From positions 2,015,344 to 2,079,343 of the forward strand of contig CM082584.2 of assembly GCA_040954595.2 (NCBI GenBank): a DNA stretch of 64,000 bases, in the 5' to 3' direction. The notes below the pieces were generated by a model. It did not search any database. It was given only the letters and a program-made list of their open reading frames with translations, and had not been told where the DNA came from. Within the stretch, counting starts at the first letter, position 1; every line of letters starts with the position of its first letter. A program made the position numbers and the translations under genes. This DNA comes from Balanoglossus misakiensis. Its lineage: Eukaryota > Animalia > Hemichordata. This document shows positions 38,639 to 50,790 of the stretch, piece after piece.

Positions 38639-39001
38639 GCTATACTTAAGACCCCTGAGGCTTGCCATACACAACTGTGTGAGGTTAATATAAGGTACAT
38701 GCATACCAATTTTCAAATCAATATGACCAGTGGTTGTTGAGTTTCTGAGTTTTGGCCAAATTTATGTTTTTCCCAACAACTTCATTTGAACAAACTCCCA
38801 TCTACAGCCCTGCCTGCATCTGCACACCAAATATCGAGGTTATATGCTCAGCGGTTTTCAAGTTTTTGATGTGAACGGACATACATCCATACAGACGCAA
38901 CCGATCTCATGAGGTACCACCAGTGTGTACAAATGGGACCTAAAGATATTTCGGTGCAACTTGTAGACTGCATCATATATATATATTGTGTTGTCGCCCA
39001 A

Positions 39002-39036
<35 letters not shown>

Positions 39037-40158
39037 GGGGGGGGGGGGGTTCCCAATGTGCCCTTCCTATGATATCTGCAATAATTGTAGCCTAGATGGG
39101 ATGATTGATCAAGCCCATAAGCGACCAACCAGCCCACCAAAGCTACAATTATTGCACCTATTCCTATGATAGCTGGATCCATAGGGTAAACTGTACAAAA
39201 CAAATAAGTGTCAGTATAAAATGTAGTAACTTTTGGCGTTTGTTTCTTCCCACTGAATTTCGACATCGCAAAGTGATTTCAGATGTCAGTTTATATTTAT
39301 AATAACATTACTGCCACTAAGAAATATGAATGAAGTTGCACAGTTTATATAAACATTACACCACTGGCAACTGTGCTATATCATGCCACTTTTATGACCC
39401 CTATTGACCTCTACATCCTGGCTTTTTGTCGGTGTGAGTATACAATTTCGAGTTTACCAACCACGCTATTAAATCAATGCATTTTTTCTCATCCTTGAAC
39501 AAAACTGTTAAACATTGCCTGTGTTAGAAAGATTAGCTGTTGTATTTAACATTGAATGATGAATGATGTCAAACCAACAAATCACCAGGATGTAAGGTCA
39601 CACAGGGGTCATGAAAGAGGCCTGTAAGATACTCTTGTTCTCTGCCCACTTTCTAACCCTGCTGTCACTACCAGCAGCAGGAATGGGACAGGGGTCCAGG
39701 CTATATCTATAGGACTGTTTGCTAACATTAAGTGTGTTTACTTGAGTAAGTTGGGTACTATGATAGGAATTGTCACCATTACTGTAGGGGGAGACATGAG
39801 TCTACCTGGTTGATTTATATTTTACATGTTGTGCTTAGATTAATAGAAATAATTGATGCATGGTTACTTAGGAACACTTCCATAACTAGTCTGCATTTTG
39901 CCTCTGCCAAATAGTAAAGAAAAAACATCAGAGAATAGGCAGAGTAGAAACTAAACTGCACTCTCCTAAATATAAAATGGTTTACCCCTAAGTCTAATGT
40001 GATGCATAGTGTGATTCAATTTGTGTCAATAAAATTGCAACCACATCAGTGTTCAGTGAAAACAGTATGTGACATACTTTTCCACCTGACCAAATCTATT
40101 AGAAACACATTTTTTAAAGAAATTGTTTTAAAGGGGCAGCTGCTATGACATTTGGGAT

Positions 40159-40617
40159 TAATAGAATCTCACACTCCCAAGGACCTGGGATCGTATTTCT
40201 CACACGAGTTGGGGATTTTCTGTCACACACGAGCCGCAGGCGAGTGTGGGACAAAATATCCCTGACGAGTGTGAGAAATACGATCCCAGGTCCTTGGTGT
40301 GTGAGATTATTTTTCTCACACGGTCACAAATTAGCCAAATTCGTTAAAACATTGAATAAATGACTCTGGAACTGTCGTCTGGGGGCACGTTATAGTTCTG
40401 TGCCTGTAATACACATCACGCCATTGGATAACATTTAGTGCGCGAAGAGAAAGAACTCTTTGTCAACCAATCAGCGCTCGCGTCATATACAGCTTTCGAT
40501 TCAGTGAGAGTGTGAGAATAATAGAATCTCACACTCCCAAGGACCTGAGATCGTATTTCTCACACTCGTCGGGGATATCCTATCCCACACTCCCAGCGGC
40601 CAGCAGTGTGAGAAATT
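40159..40617 (-). mobile_element. Non-autonomous Crypton-like element, family 2, followed head-to-tail by a partial second unit
   Basis: Hairpin about 40165-40308 around gagccgcaggcga. Internal gtgtgagatt-attt-ttctcacac. Tandem junction gtgtgagaa-taatag-aatctcacac at 40510-40534. The Crypton assignment is by architecture only. Confidence 0.65.
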
Positions 40618-40622
40618 AAATA

Positions 40623-40799
40623 CAGTAAAACCTGTCTGAACCGAACACTGAAGGCACTGAAGAAATTGTTCAGTTTACAGACATTTCCAGTTTGTAAAGG
40701 TTCTTTTAACATGTGATTCTATGTCGAAGGTACTGAAAAGGTGTTCAGTATAGACAGGTTTCCAGATTAGACAGGGTTTGGTTTTGACAGGTTTTACTG
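40623..40799. mobile_element. Tc1/mariner-style MITE
   Basis: ta|cagtaaaacctgtc...gacaggttttactg TIRs. Related ends near 10955, 16005, 27463, 28105 and 32003. Confidence 0.65.
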
Positions 40800-41729
40800 A
40801 AGGTTGAAAATTAATTCTATGTGGCCACTTAAGATTCTTGTGCTACTCCCAACAATATGTTGAAACCCACAATTGATGTATAAAATACCATCCACTAAAT
40901 ATTTAAATGTCACCAAAAACATTTTACTCTAAATAAATAAATATATTCTATAAAAACATATTTTTTAGACATGTTGCATATTTACGTAACAGTAGTAAAA
41001 AAATGTGAATGATAACATTACACATTCACGGGCTATGTTGACAAGTGAAGTATAAATGGGTATATTAGCACGCTGTTTGGAGTAGAACAAGAAATTCCCA
41101 TTGATACTCAGAACAAAAATATATGTACATCAATTAAAGCCAAAAGTTACAGCTAATGTCCCGTTAAGTGCATTGTAATTCAGAAAACTTCTGGAGCAGT
41201 GAATAAATCCTACTATTCCTAGTATATCAGAAGTTTTTTTCATTTTAAAAATCAAGCTAGTTGCTTTAAAAAAAATGAGACACTACTTTGTACAAAAGTT
41301 ATGACAGCTTGCATTCACGCAGATTTGAGCCAGACATCTCAAAGCGTTAACAAAAAAACATAGAGCATACTGTTTTTGCGAAGGTAATTTAAATTGCTTG
41401 TTACGTGATAGTAGTGAAAACAATGGTGACATTGAAGTAACCGAAATGTTCTCCTATATCAAGCTTTCAGAGATAATTAACAGAGAAATGTTTATTTCAA
41501 AAAGTGAATGTCTTATTTTTTAGCTTATACAGTCACAGTATGTAATAGAGGGACTGTGATATAGTGCACTGGTTTGGCTGTTGTTTCACTACAGATTTTT
41601 GTGGTGGGGGTCACGGGTGGGTCTATGATGGGGGAAACCAGCATAGAACCCCCCCCCTCCACCCTCCCCCTAGCTGTGTTTCCATAGTAGTACTAAATGT
41701 GACATTATTATATGACTCAGAAGGTCACA

Positions 41730-41775
41730 TAGCTCTGCGTACAGGTCTGTGTGTTCCCGGCTGTATGCAGAGCTA
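41730..41775. mobile_element. 46-bp Academ-like mini-element
   Basis: TAGctctgcgtacag...ctgtatgcagagCTA, flanked by aaggtcaca/atggtcaca (9 bp, 1 mismatch). The same left end occurs at 36162. Confidence 0.65.
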
Positions 41776-41865
41776 ATGGTCACACAGAGAAACCACACGA
41801 CAGAGATCTCACCATCTCAAAAAGCTGACTCTGAAAAGCATGTAAAAGAATTAAGACTGGCTTAC

Positions 41866-42450
41866 CTGTAGGAGGACCTGTGTCACACATCTCTGCCCGC
41901 CAAGGTCTTGCCAACGACCCTGGCGATGTCTGTCATCTAGTCTTGCTCCAAGCGATGCTAATCACACTGGCGGCGCGTTGTACTGTTCCTTTCCTTTATC
42001 TACAGGCACAGCGACTGCCGTAAAGCCAAGTCATCACCGGACTCATCATATCTGATATACTTCCCTGGCCGGTCGGGGCAACACCGACGTCACGATAAAA
42101 CGTCGTAGGTCCCGTGGCAACACCGTAGCTACACCCTAATGAGAGAGAATGTCTAGTGATCTGAGTGACGGCAACTGATCCAGGATCTCAATCACTCACC
42201 CGGCTCTGTCAGTGTCATGGCTCTCTCTCTCAACTACGGTGCGACCTGTGATGACGACCACCTCGCAAAGTTCTGCCAAGCGCCGCCGCGTCCCATGTAG
42301 AAAGGTTGCGAAACCCTTTGAAAACACTGCCAAGAATGCTCCATTATCCGAAATATGTTCTTTCACTGACGTCTCCACTCATGAGAAATTTAAAAAAGGG
42401 GCGTAACACGCTGTTGTAAAAGATCAGCTGATTCGCGACCAAAACATTCA
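41866..42450 (-). promoter_or_regulatory. CpG-rich candidate promoter / first exon with a strong splice donor
   Basis: Local CpG enrichment and a CAG|gtaagc donor at 41866/41865 facing the MED25-like exons. No MED25 N-terminal similarity. Confidence 0.3.
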
Positions 42451-42803
42451 CGATTGACCCTTGACCTAGGATAGTCCTGTACCCTCGATCCAGCGCCAGC
42501 TAAGTTGGCGTTGTTAAAATAATTATTAGGTAAACAGCCATCACTATAAGCTATAGATGTAATTCAGTAAACCAAAATCTTTAAAAATATATGTTGTCAA
42601 GAACAATTTATAGACCAAGGCCATGGCCAGAGGTACATCCGAAAAATACCAACTGTACATGGTTATTCTTGTATAACCTTTGACCCCGATTTGTAAACAG
42701 TGCTGCATGTTTGAAGTATCGCTCTTAAAAATTGAGATTCACCTGATGCAGTGGTTTTATATGAAAGCCAGTTGGGGACATGTACATACGCAATAAATAA
42801 AAA

Positions 42804-43037
42804 ATTATCTCGAGATCTCGAGATAATGCTATTCGTTTTCCTGACTTTTTATTTTTTTATCTCGAGATCTCGAGATAATTCCAATTCGTTTTCCCGACTT
42901 TTTATTTTTTTATCTCGAGATCTCGAGATAATTCAAGTTCGTTTTCCCGACTTTTTATTTTTTTATCTCGAGATCTCGAGATAATTCCAATTCGTTTTCC
43001 CGACTTTTTATTTTTTTATCTCGAGATCTCGAGATAA
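42804..43037. repeat. Left subterminal 52-53 bp repeats (5 palindromic cores)
   Basis: Core TATCTCGAGATCTCGAGATA at 42806, 42858, 42911, 42964 and 43017. Confidence 0.95.
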
Positions 43038-43470
43038 ATTTGTCTAAAGAGGGCGGGTGTATTGGTACGGAGACTGTCCAGAGAGGGCGGTGTATCGGTA
43101 CAGAGAATATGGCGTTCTTTTACTAGCTTGACCTAGTACCAGGACTTTTCGTCGGATTCTGCCTTACATGCTGCATCGTATCTTATCAGACTGACTGAGT
43201 GTTGGTAAGTTGAGATTTTACCTCCTTCTCATAACCGTTAGATTTGTCGTACACGTAACATGACCACACGATGCACAATTTGTACTGGTTTGTGATGTGG
43301 CAATCTATTGAGTCGCCTTGCACGTCAAGCGTCATCATGATCATGCCAAACACGATCGACGCGACGTTGACAATGTGCTGCATGCAATAGGTTGACTGAG
43401 ACGTTCTTGTCAGTATCTCGTACTCAACTTAACTTGCTTGATTTTTGATTCATGATGTAACATATGCCAT

Positions 43471-43472
<2 letters not shown>

Positions 43473-43540
<68 letters not shown>
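43473..43540. repeat. (AT)n microsatellite; (TATG)n tracts also at about 44089-44185 and 44644-44712
   Basis: Direct inspection. Confidence 0.95.
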
Positions 43541-43543
<3 letters not shown>

Positions 43544-44448
43544 ATCACAACTTGAGGCTAACTCTGGCCTTATGCCGCGCTGTTTGAAACATATATCATA
43601 CATGATTCAACTTGTGTGTGGGGCGGATAGTTACATCGCCTAGGATCAAGTTGCCATAACTGGATTCTTCCAATAAATAAATGCACTTTAACTTGATCTT
43701 GAATATTAAACAATGCAATGTTAACATCAGTACAGCTGCTGTGATTTATTTTACTTTGCTTCAGTCTGTGATTATGACACAGACAAATGTGAGTGTGTAT
43801 GGTGACCTCAGTACATCCAAGGTCAAACGTCAACAACTCTTCAGTTGATATGAAAGTTTCAAACAAAAAAATTAAAGCAAAATAGGAACTGTGTGTATGT
43901 GTGTGTGTGTGTGTGTGTATGTGTCTGTCTCTATGTATTAATGAGTGTGTGTGTAATGTTTGTGCACATTGATTGACTTGATTTAATATTGAAGATTTAA
44001 GCACCGATGGCATTTATTACAAAGAGTTATATTATTATCAATAGAGTCCAAGTTGAAGTCTTAATCACTCCCTAAATTATTTTAAATTGTATGTATGTAT
44101 GTATGTATGTATGTATGTATGCATGTATGTATGTATGTATGTATGTATGTATGTATGTATGTATGTATGTATGTATGTATGTATGTTGACAATTGAGAAG
44201 TTTCCTCATCAAAAATTCTGAACAAAATTCTTGCTTCACTGTAATTTTTGGTGAAATATCAACTTTATTCAAGGTGAGAAAGTAGATAGTTTTTCCTTCT
44301 GAGATAATATGCTCAACTTTCCCAAACTGTTCATAAAAATCAAGTTGATGCATTATTTCATGCTTGTCTTTAGGTACATCAGTTTTGATTTAACTGTTGT
44401 TGATTTTCCTTACAGAAAAATATTACTTAAGCAAACAGATCAGACAAA

Positions 44449-46942
44449 ATGGCAGAAAAACTATATGAATTTCTTAGACGACGCAGAGTGCCTGAAGAGG
44501 AAATTGACAGACTTGAACAGGAAAAGGTAAATTGTTTATTAGTTCTTGTTGCATATATGTAAATATGGCTAAATGAGCTTTAAGGCTAGTAGGTGGAAAA
44601 ATATTCATTGACAGTCTTTCCATCTTTGTTTGTTTGTTTGTTTGTATGTATGTACCCGTATGTATGTATGTATGTATGTATGTATGTATGTATGTATGTA
44701 TGTATGTATGTATTTAGCGAGACCCCCCGCACCCTCTGCCCATATGCATGCACTAAGATTCCATGTGCTTTAAATTGATTTTCAGATTGATCCATCGGTG
44801 ATCCTCTTAATGGATGATGAGATGTTATCTAAGTATTTGACATCTTATGGGGACAGAGTTGCTGCTGTGGACTTCTCTCGCAGATTATTTTGTACTGTTC
44901 CAGACAGAGAGAGCAGGAAGTCAGAACTACTGAAAAAAATAAGACAAAAATTTAGCCTTCGAAATGGAAAGCAGAATAGTGTATCAGATGACAAGGGAGA
45001 ATCAAGTAAAGGTAATCGTGGACAAGCCTCAACTAGACCAAGACCATTTGGTAATACACATGCAGCAAAAATAAAGCGGAAAATTGAAATAGGATGGCTT
45101 GATTTTGATTTCATTGAAAAAGAATACAAGCAAGTTCGAGCCAGAAAAGGTGGTGGAACAAGGTGTATATCAGTAAGTAAGTCGAGCACGAAAGCTGATC
45201 TCCTGACTACAGGAAAAGATTTGTTTTTCCCCAACGGCGTATCACAGCGAGGAGACATGGACAGTTATCACGTTGACATAAGAGATTCAGGAGAAAGAAC
45301 AATTGATGAAACAAGCACCGTTGGCGAATTGTATGAAGTAACTGGATTTAGAATGCTCCGCTTCTACATTATGACAAAGAGAAAAGACTGTGAACAGGTA
45401 GTGAAACCTAAAAAGAAGAGCAGACAAACAAGTAAGCAGTCACAATTAGAATCAGTGTCATTGTCAGATGACAGCAGTGATGCTGATCTACCTGATCCAG
45501 GACTTGATAGGCATGTGCCAGTTCCACCGGCAAAGACGAGACAAGCAAGCAAGGGACAGTCACAAGCTCTTCCACAGGAATCTATTGATATGTTGTCTGA
45601 TGAGAGCAATGATGCAGGTGTACCAAGTGCAGGAAACCACAATAAGCATATCCTAGATACAGTTCACCATGATCATGGTGTGCCCAGTTGTAGCAGATTC
45701 CAGTCTGAACCCATCCCTGACGTAGGTTCTGAAGTCACATTAGAGACAGTCGATTCTGATGCAGAACCACTGGTGATTAGTGATAATGATTCAAACATTG
45801 TTCAGTTTGGATCACGGGGTTCCAATAGTAACTCAGCAGAAAGCCTTGATTCTACATTGCCGTTCTTTGAAAATGATGAACCTGTTAGCCAATCCCAGCC
45901 CCAAGACACTACCAGTCATATCAGTGAAGATCAAGACCCAGTGGAGACTAGAACACTTGTAATACACAGGAGTGATGTTTTGAATGACATGATTTCAGAA
46001 TTCTCAGATCCAAAGATTATGGCATGTCCTATCAATGTGGCCATGGTTATGCCAGGAGGTAATATTGAGCGTGGTAGTGGTAGTGGAGTTGTGAGAGACT
46101 GTTTTACAAGGTTTTGGTCCGAGTTCTATGAATGTTGCACAGTTGGAAAGAATTGCCGGGTGCCATTCATTAGGCATGATTACCCAAGAGAAAAATGGGA
46201 AGCTGTAGCAAGAATAATCATGAAGGGTTGGAAGGAAATGGATTACTTCCCTATTGAGTTTGCAAAGCCATTCATGGAAGAAGTAATGTTTGGAGACCAC
46301 AAGTGTGAAGAGGCAAGTCTACTTCAAGTGTATTATCACTTCCTGTCTGAATCGGACCGTGAAGTATTTGAAGCTGCAATGAAGAACTTCCAAGAAGTAG
46401 AAGAAGATGAGTTAATTGAAGTGTTAGACCGACATGACTGTAAAAGACTGCCAACCAAAGAAAACATTGGATCCATTCTGCACGAAATAGCGCATAAAGA
46501 GATAGTACAAGAGCCAATGTTTGTCATTGATAGTTGGCGACCAATCTTACAGCCATTAGGCAAACAAATTGGCAAAGAGAACTTGGATAGACTGTATAAT
46601 GACAAGAAACCAACAACAAAGAAAGTCCTACAACATCTTCAAATCGCCGAATGCTTGAATAATGATGAGAGGGCTGTTGCTAATCACTTAAAACGATACA
46701 TCCGTGAACTTGAACAAAGTACTCTAAAGAAGTTCCTGAGATATTGCACTGGTTGTGACATAATGACAGCAGAGCCGATTCAAGTGTCATTTGTTAAACT
46801 TGATGGTTTACAACGTCGTCCAGTTGCTCACACATGTGACAATGTGCTTGAACTGCCATTGTCATATGCCAACTTCGTAGAATTCAGAAGTGAGTTCAAT
46901 GCAGTTTTGAACAGTGGTTTTTGGGACATGGATATTATTTGA
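44449..46942 (+). CDS. Transposon-encoded SAM-like / HECT E3 ubiquitin-ligase protein (exons 44449-44526 and 44786-46942, about 744 aa)
   Basis: Phase-0 GT-AG intron joins MAEKLYEFLRRR...EQEK to IDPSVILLMDD...YGDRVA. RARKGGGTR motif. C-terminal HECT features ERGSGSGVVRDCF..FW, FLRYCTG and PVAHTCDNVLELP (catalytic Cys). Confidence 0.88.
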
Positions 46943-47330
46943 GACCATTGATATTGTTTCCATTGGTAGAACAGCAATGGTGAGTTATTACATGAATTAA
47001 AGGGACAATATTGTTGTGTTTGGCTTACATTGATATAAAGAATACAGGGAATACTTGTGTAAAGTCACTTGGTATGCAAAGTAATGATTATGTCAATGAT
47101 GAACCTGACGTGTCAGAGGTCACCTCTTTGCTGCATGGAAGAGGTGAATTTATGTGGATTCATTAAGGGATGCGCCTGTAACTTTGCACTATTTTCAGTG
47201 TTTTCTTTAAATGTTCATACAGTTGCCATTTACTGTCATATTTCCTACAAATTGTTTTATCATTGATTACGTTAAATGTTTACACATATTATCTAATATA
47301 TGGAGAAGCTAAATACTTGATGTGTTATTG

Positions 47331-47472
47331 CAGCCTGTTGTGGGGAGTTATTCAGTTACTTATTCAGCCTGTTGTGGGGAGTTATTCAGTTACTTATTCA
47401 GCCTGTTGTGGGGAGTTATTCAGTTACTTATTCAGCCTGTTGTGGGGAGTTATTCAGTTACTTATTCAGTTA
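47331..47472. repeat. 34-bp minisatellite (about 4 units) between the convergent genes
   Basis: Unit cagcctgttgtggggagttattcagttacttatt. Confidence 0.9.
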
Positions 47473-47993
47473 CTATGTGACACAGTGTGTGACATAATGG
47501 TTAAAGCACAGGATGACCAGGCTTGGTTATTGGTGTAGATATAATGTAAACAAACAACTAGGAGTAGTCTCTGTTCCACTCTACCAAAGAAGATCAGTGC
47601 TTTACTTGTCACTTATCGTCTGTATACTTAGTTTCTTTATTAACATGTTTGTTTGTTTGTTTACATATTTACATCTACAACCAAGCCTGGGCATCATGTG
47701 GTTTTAAGGTGCAAACAGTTGAGCCACAAAGTTGTTGTATTTCAGCTTTTATTTGCGGTGACAGTATTATACTTTACAGAATTAGATCTAACATTAACAC
47801 AAAGTCTGTGCCATAGTTTCATATTACTTCAGTGTTGAAGATGAACAATATTGTCATTATGTTCTGAAAGTTAATAAAACTTTGTTGTGTTGACAAATAT
47901 CTTGCTTTAATTCATCCAGTTCCTTGCATGGAAGTGACATTGTTGTTGTTGTTTGGGTGATGTATAATAATTTCCTTTTACAGTAAGGTCTTG

Positions 47994-49961
47994 CTAGTCC
48001 GATAAGGATTCATATTTTATAGAATTTCGGAGATTCAGGTACAATTCCACAGCAGAATATGGGTCAGAAGGTAAATGCATATTGTTGTCGACCATGTATG
48101 AGACACAGTACTCGAATAAATCTTCATCACAGGGGCACGCTCCTTTGAACACACATTCCTCTCGGCATGTGTTAATCTGTTCCTGAGAAACAGTTGATCC
48201 GAAATCATGACTTCCATACATCTCCGGGACAAAGAACATCATGTGAGGTCGCCCGATGGGAGAGACTGCGTTACGTGAACGACTGATCCTGTGACAATTC
48301 CATTCCATTACAGCATCATCCAGTTCATCCTGAATTATAAAATGACAGGCACAAAATGTATGAGGAAGTTCAATGTTAGCAGTTTAATACATGCATCAGT
48401 TAAACATAGTCCCTAGGTACTATAGGATATCTAAAAGATACATACATGGTGACACCTCATCTACATGAACTCTTCAGACGGGAAGGTACACCTAAAATTA
48501 ATTTATTGTAGTGAAATATAACCAAACAAACGGAATAAAATTACAAATATTATAATTATAACAATTTACATATATTAGATTATCAATTGGTGTATAGACG
48601 GGTTTACCAGCTGGCGTGTAATTTATGATGAGGCTTATCACACCAACAGTATTCGATCCGAGATTAATAGTAAGGTATTTATCGAAGGAGTGGAAAGTCT
48701 AAAATGTTGTCCAACATATGCATGCAGGATAGAGGTGCATAAAATGGGCAATTGGAATAAGTAGACAAGGACAGTCTTAAATCACACACACAATGCATTG
48801 CAGGTTGTGATTTTTGTTCATCATGATACATATCAACACATGTACAGCACATTTTAAGCCTTTTTTACTTTGTATTTGAAGGTTTAAACCAAAATATGTG
48901 AGCAGTCCTTTCTTTTCAATACATAAAAACGTTCTTTTTTATACTCCTCCCATTTGGAAGAGCGTAGGGTTATTGTTAGTCAGTTTATACATGGGACTTC
49001 TTATATTTTATTGTATTGTACGTTTTCACTATATAATATCAATCCTAGCAATATTTTCTGTATAAGTATTTAAAGTATATACAGTATAAGTGATAGTGTA
49101 ACAGATTGAGGAAAGACAATTATTTTTTAAGTCCCAAATTCTTCTTCTTACCTGTATCATTTTCAGGAAGCAAAATCTGACCAGATCTTTATCAAGATAA
49201 TCACCACTGAAGACTCCATCATCCTTTAGTTTGTAGAAAAGATCCAACCAAAACTGTCCACAGTGTTGGCAAAATGTACCCCACCATCGTTCTATGCGTT
49301 GGTTGAGTTGACTGCTGCCATAATAAAAGCAGTTGTCATCATTTGTTAGAAACTTCTGGAACTGTTCAACATGTCCATTTTCTGTGCCTCTATCCGCTCG
49401 CATGTTTTGGGGGCAAGATTTCAGACTTTCAACTTCTTTGATGAAGTACCCTGCTATAATCTTCGGATCACTGTTGGTGTGATAAGCTTGAGCCCAAATT
49501 ACACGCCTGGAAAACCCGTCTATACACCCATTGATTGCTATTCCGTAAGGGGAAAGTTTGTCATACGAATCTAGGTGCCACATATAGTTCGGCCCAGGAG
49601 ACCCATACTGGCGACGGCGTAGACGACGTCTCTTTCTTAATTCCACACCTATGGGGTCAATGATCTGGAGTAACAACCGCACACTCTCCCTGTCGATAAC
49701 CAATCCTCTCTGGACACACTTTAAATGCATCCACCGATAGCCGTGGAGTCTTCCAGATTTGTCAACCTCTTCTCTCAGAAATGTTATTACCTCATTGATG
49801 TCTGAATGGTACTTCCGTCCGAAAAGTCCGAGTTTCTTCAGTAATCTTTTAAGATGACGCATACTAATGACAACGTTATGATTGACAGCTAAAGTAGCCA
49901 GGATTTCACTGTAGTTGAAGCCCATGTTGAAATAGATACGGATTATATCATCTCTTTCCAT
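47994..49961 (-). CDS. DDE integrase/transposase (exons 49961-49152 and 48329-47994, about 381 aa)
   Basis: N-terminal HTH-like region, GPNYMWHLDSYDKL (D), RADRGTEN (D), NQRIERWW (E), WNCHRIS. The phase-0 GT-AG intron keeps the frame. Confidence 0.92.
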
Positions 49962-50399
49962 GGTGACGTTATCTGTTCGATAGAGGAGGAATGTTAATTG
50001 TCGCATTAGATAAAAGGAATTATCGTACAATGATAATGAATAAAGTATAATATTGAAACCAATTGTTTAGTAACTTTACCACTGAGTCAGTTTTCTTGCC
50101 AACTTGGAAAGTAATCTCAGGCCAAGACTTCGGTAATTTGTCCCAGTACGTATAACTAGTAATTATAAATATTACGAAGTTGAAATGTCAACTAATTACC
50201 AAGACTCATGCACTCAGTCTGATGATACGATGCAGCATGCAGCTCTGAAACCGACGATCACTCCTACCATTGAATACACTGAGTGCTTGCTTGCCAATTC
50301 TCCGTACCGATATCGATGCATGTCCTTCTCTGGACCGATATCGATGCATGGTCCTCTCTGGACAGTCTCCCTACCAACACACCACCCTCTTTCGAGAGA

Positions 50400-50790
50400 A
50401 TTATCTCGAGATCTCAAGATAAAAAAATAAAAAGTCGGAAAAACGAATAGCATTATCTCGAGATCTCGAGATAAAAAAATAAAAAGTCAGGAAAACGAAC
50501 TTGAATTATCTCGAGATCTCGAGATAAAAAAATAAAAAGTCGGGAAAACGAATAGCATTATCTCGAGATCTCGAGATAAAAAAATAAAAAGTCAGGAAAA
50601 CGAACTTGAATTATCTCGAGATCTCGAGATAAAAAAATAAAAAGTCGGGAAAACGAATGGAATTATCTCGAGATCTCGAGATATAAAAATAAAAAGTCAG
50701 GAAAACGAACTTGAATTATCTCGAGATCTCGAGATAAAAAAATAAAAAGTCAGGAAAACGAATGGAATTATCTCGAGATCTCGAGATAAT
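50400..50790. repeat. Right subterminal 52-53 bp repeats (8 palindromic cores)
   Basis: Inverted counterpart of the left array. Confidence 0.95.

Larger units (their letters stand above)
35027..38669. mobile_element. IS3EU-type foldback element: two inverted left ends around a central spacer
   Basis: Termini TATGGCAAGCC...GGCTTGCCATA with a 6-bp TSD cacaac (35021-35026, 38670-38675). Arms 35027-36336 and 37486-38669 are reverse complements. Confidence 0.88.
34400..38945 (+). mobile_element. HINE/Helentron-like modular repeat interrupted by the foldback element (reverse copy at about 32155-32460)
   Basis: Degenerate internal repeats (aaatttcaaagcaat), an ACAT microsatellite, and a terminal stem-loop ggt(c/a)cca...tgggacc followed by an A run. 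Left boundary uncertain. Confidence 0.45.

Noticed and set aside
42804-50790. Palindromic 52-53 bp repeats resembling a CRISPR array
   Set aside because: The intervening sequences are near-identical rather than unique spacers, the arrays are mirrored in transposon TIRs, the context is eukaryotic, and there are no cas genes.
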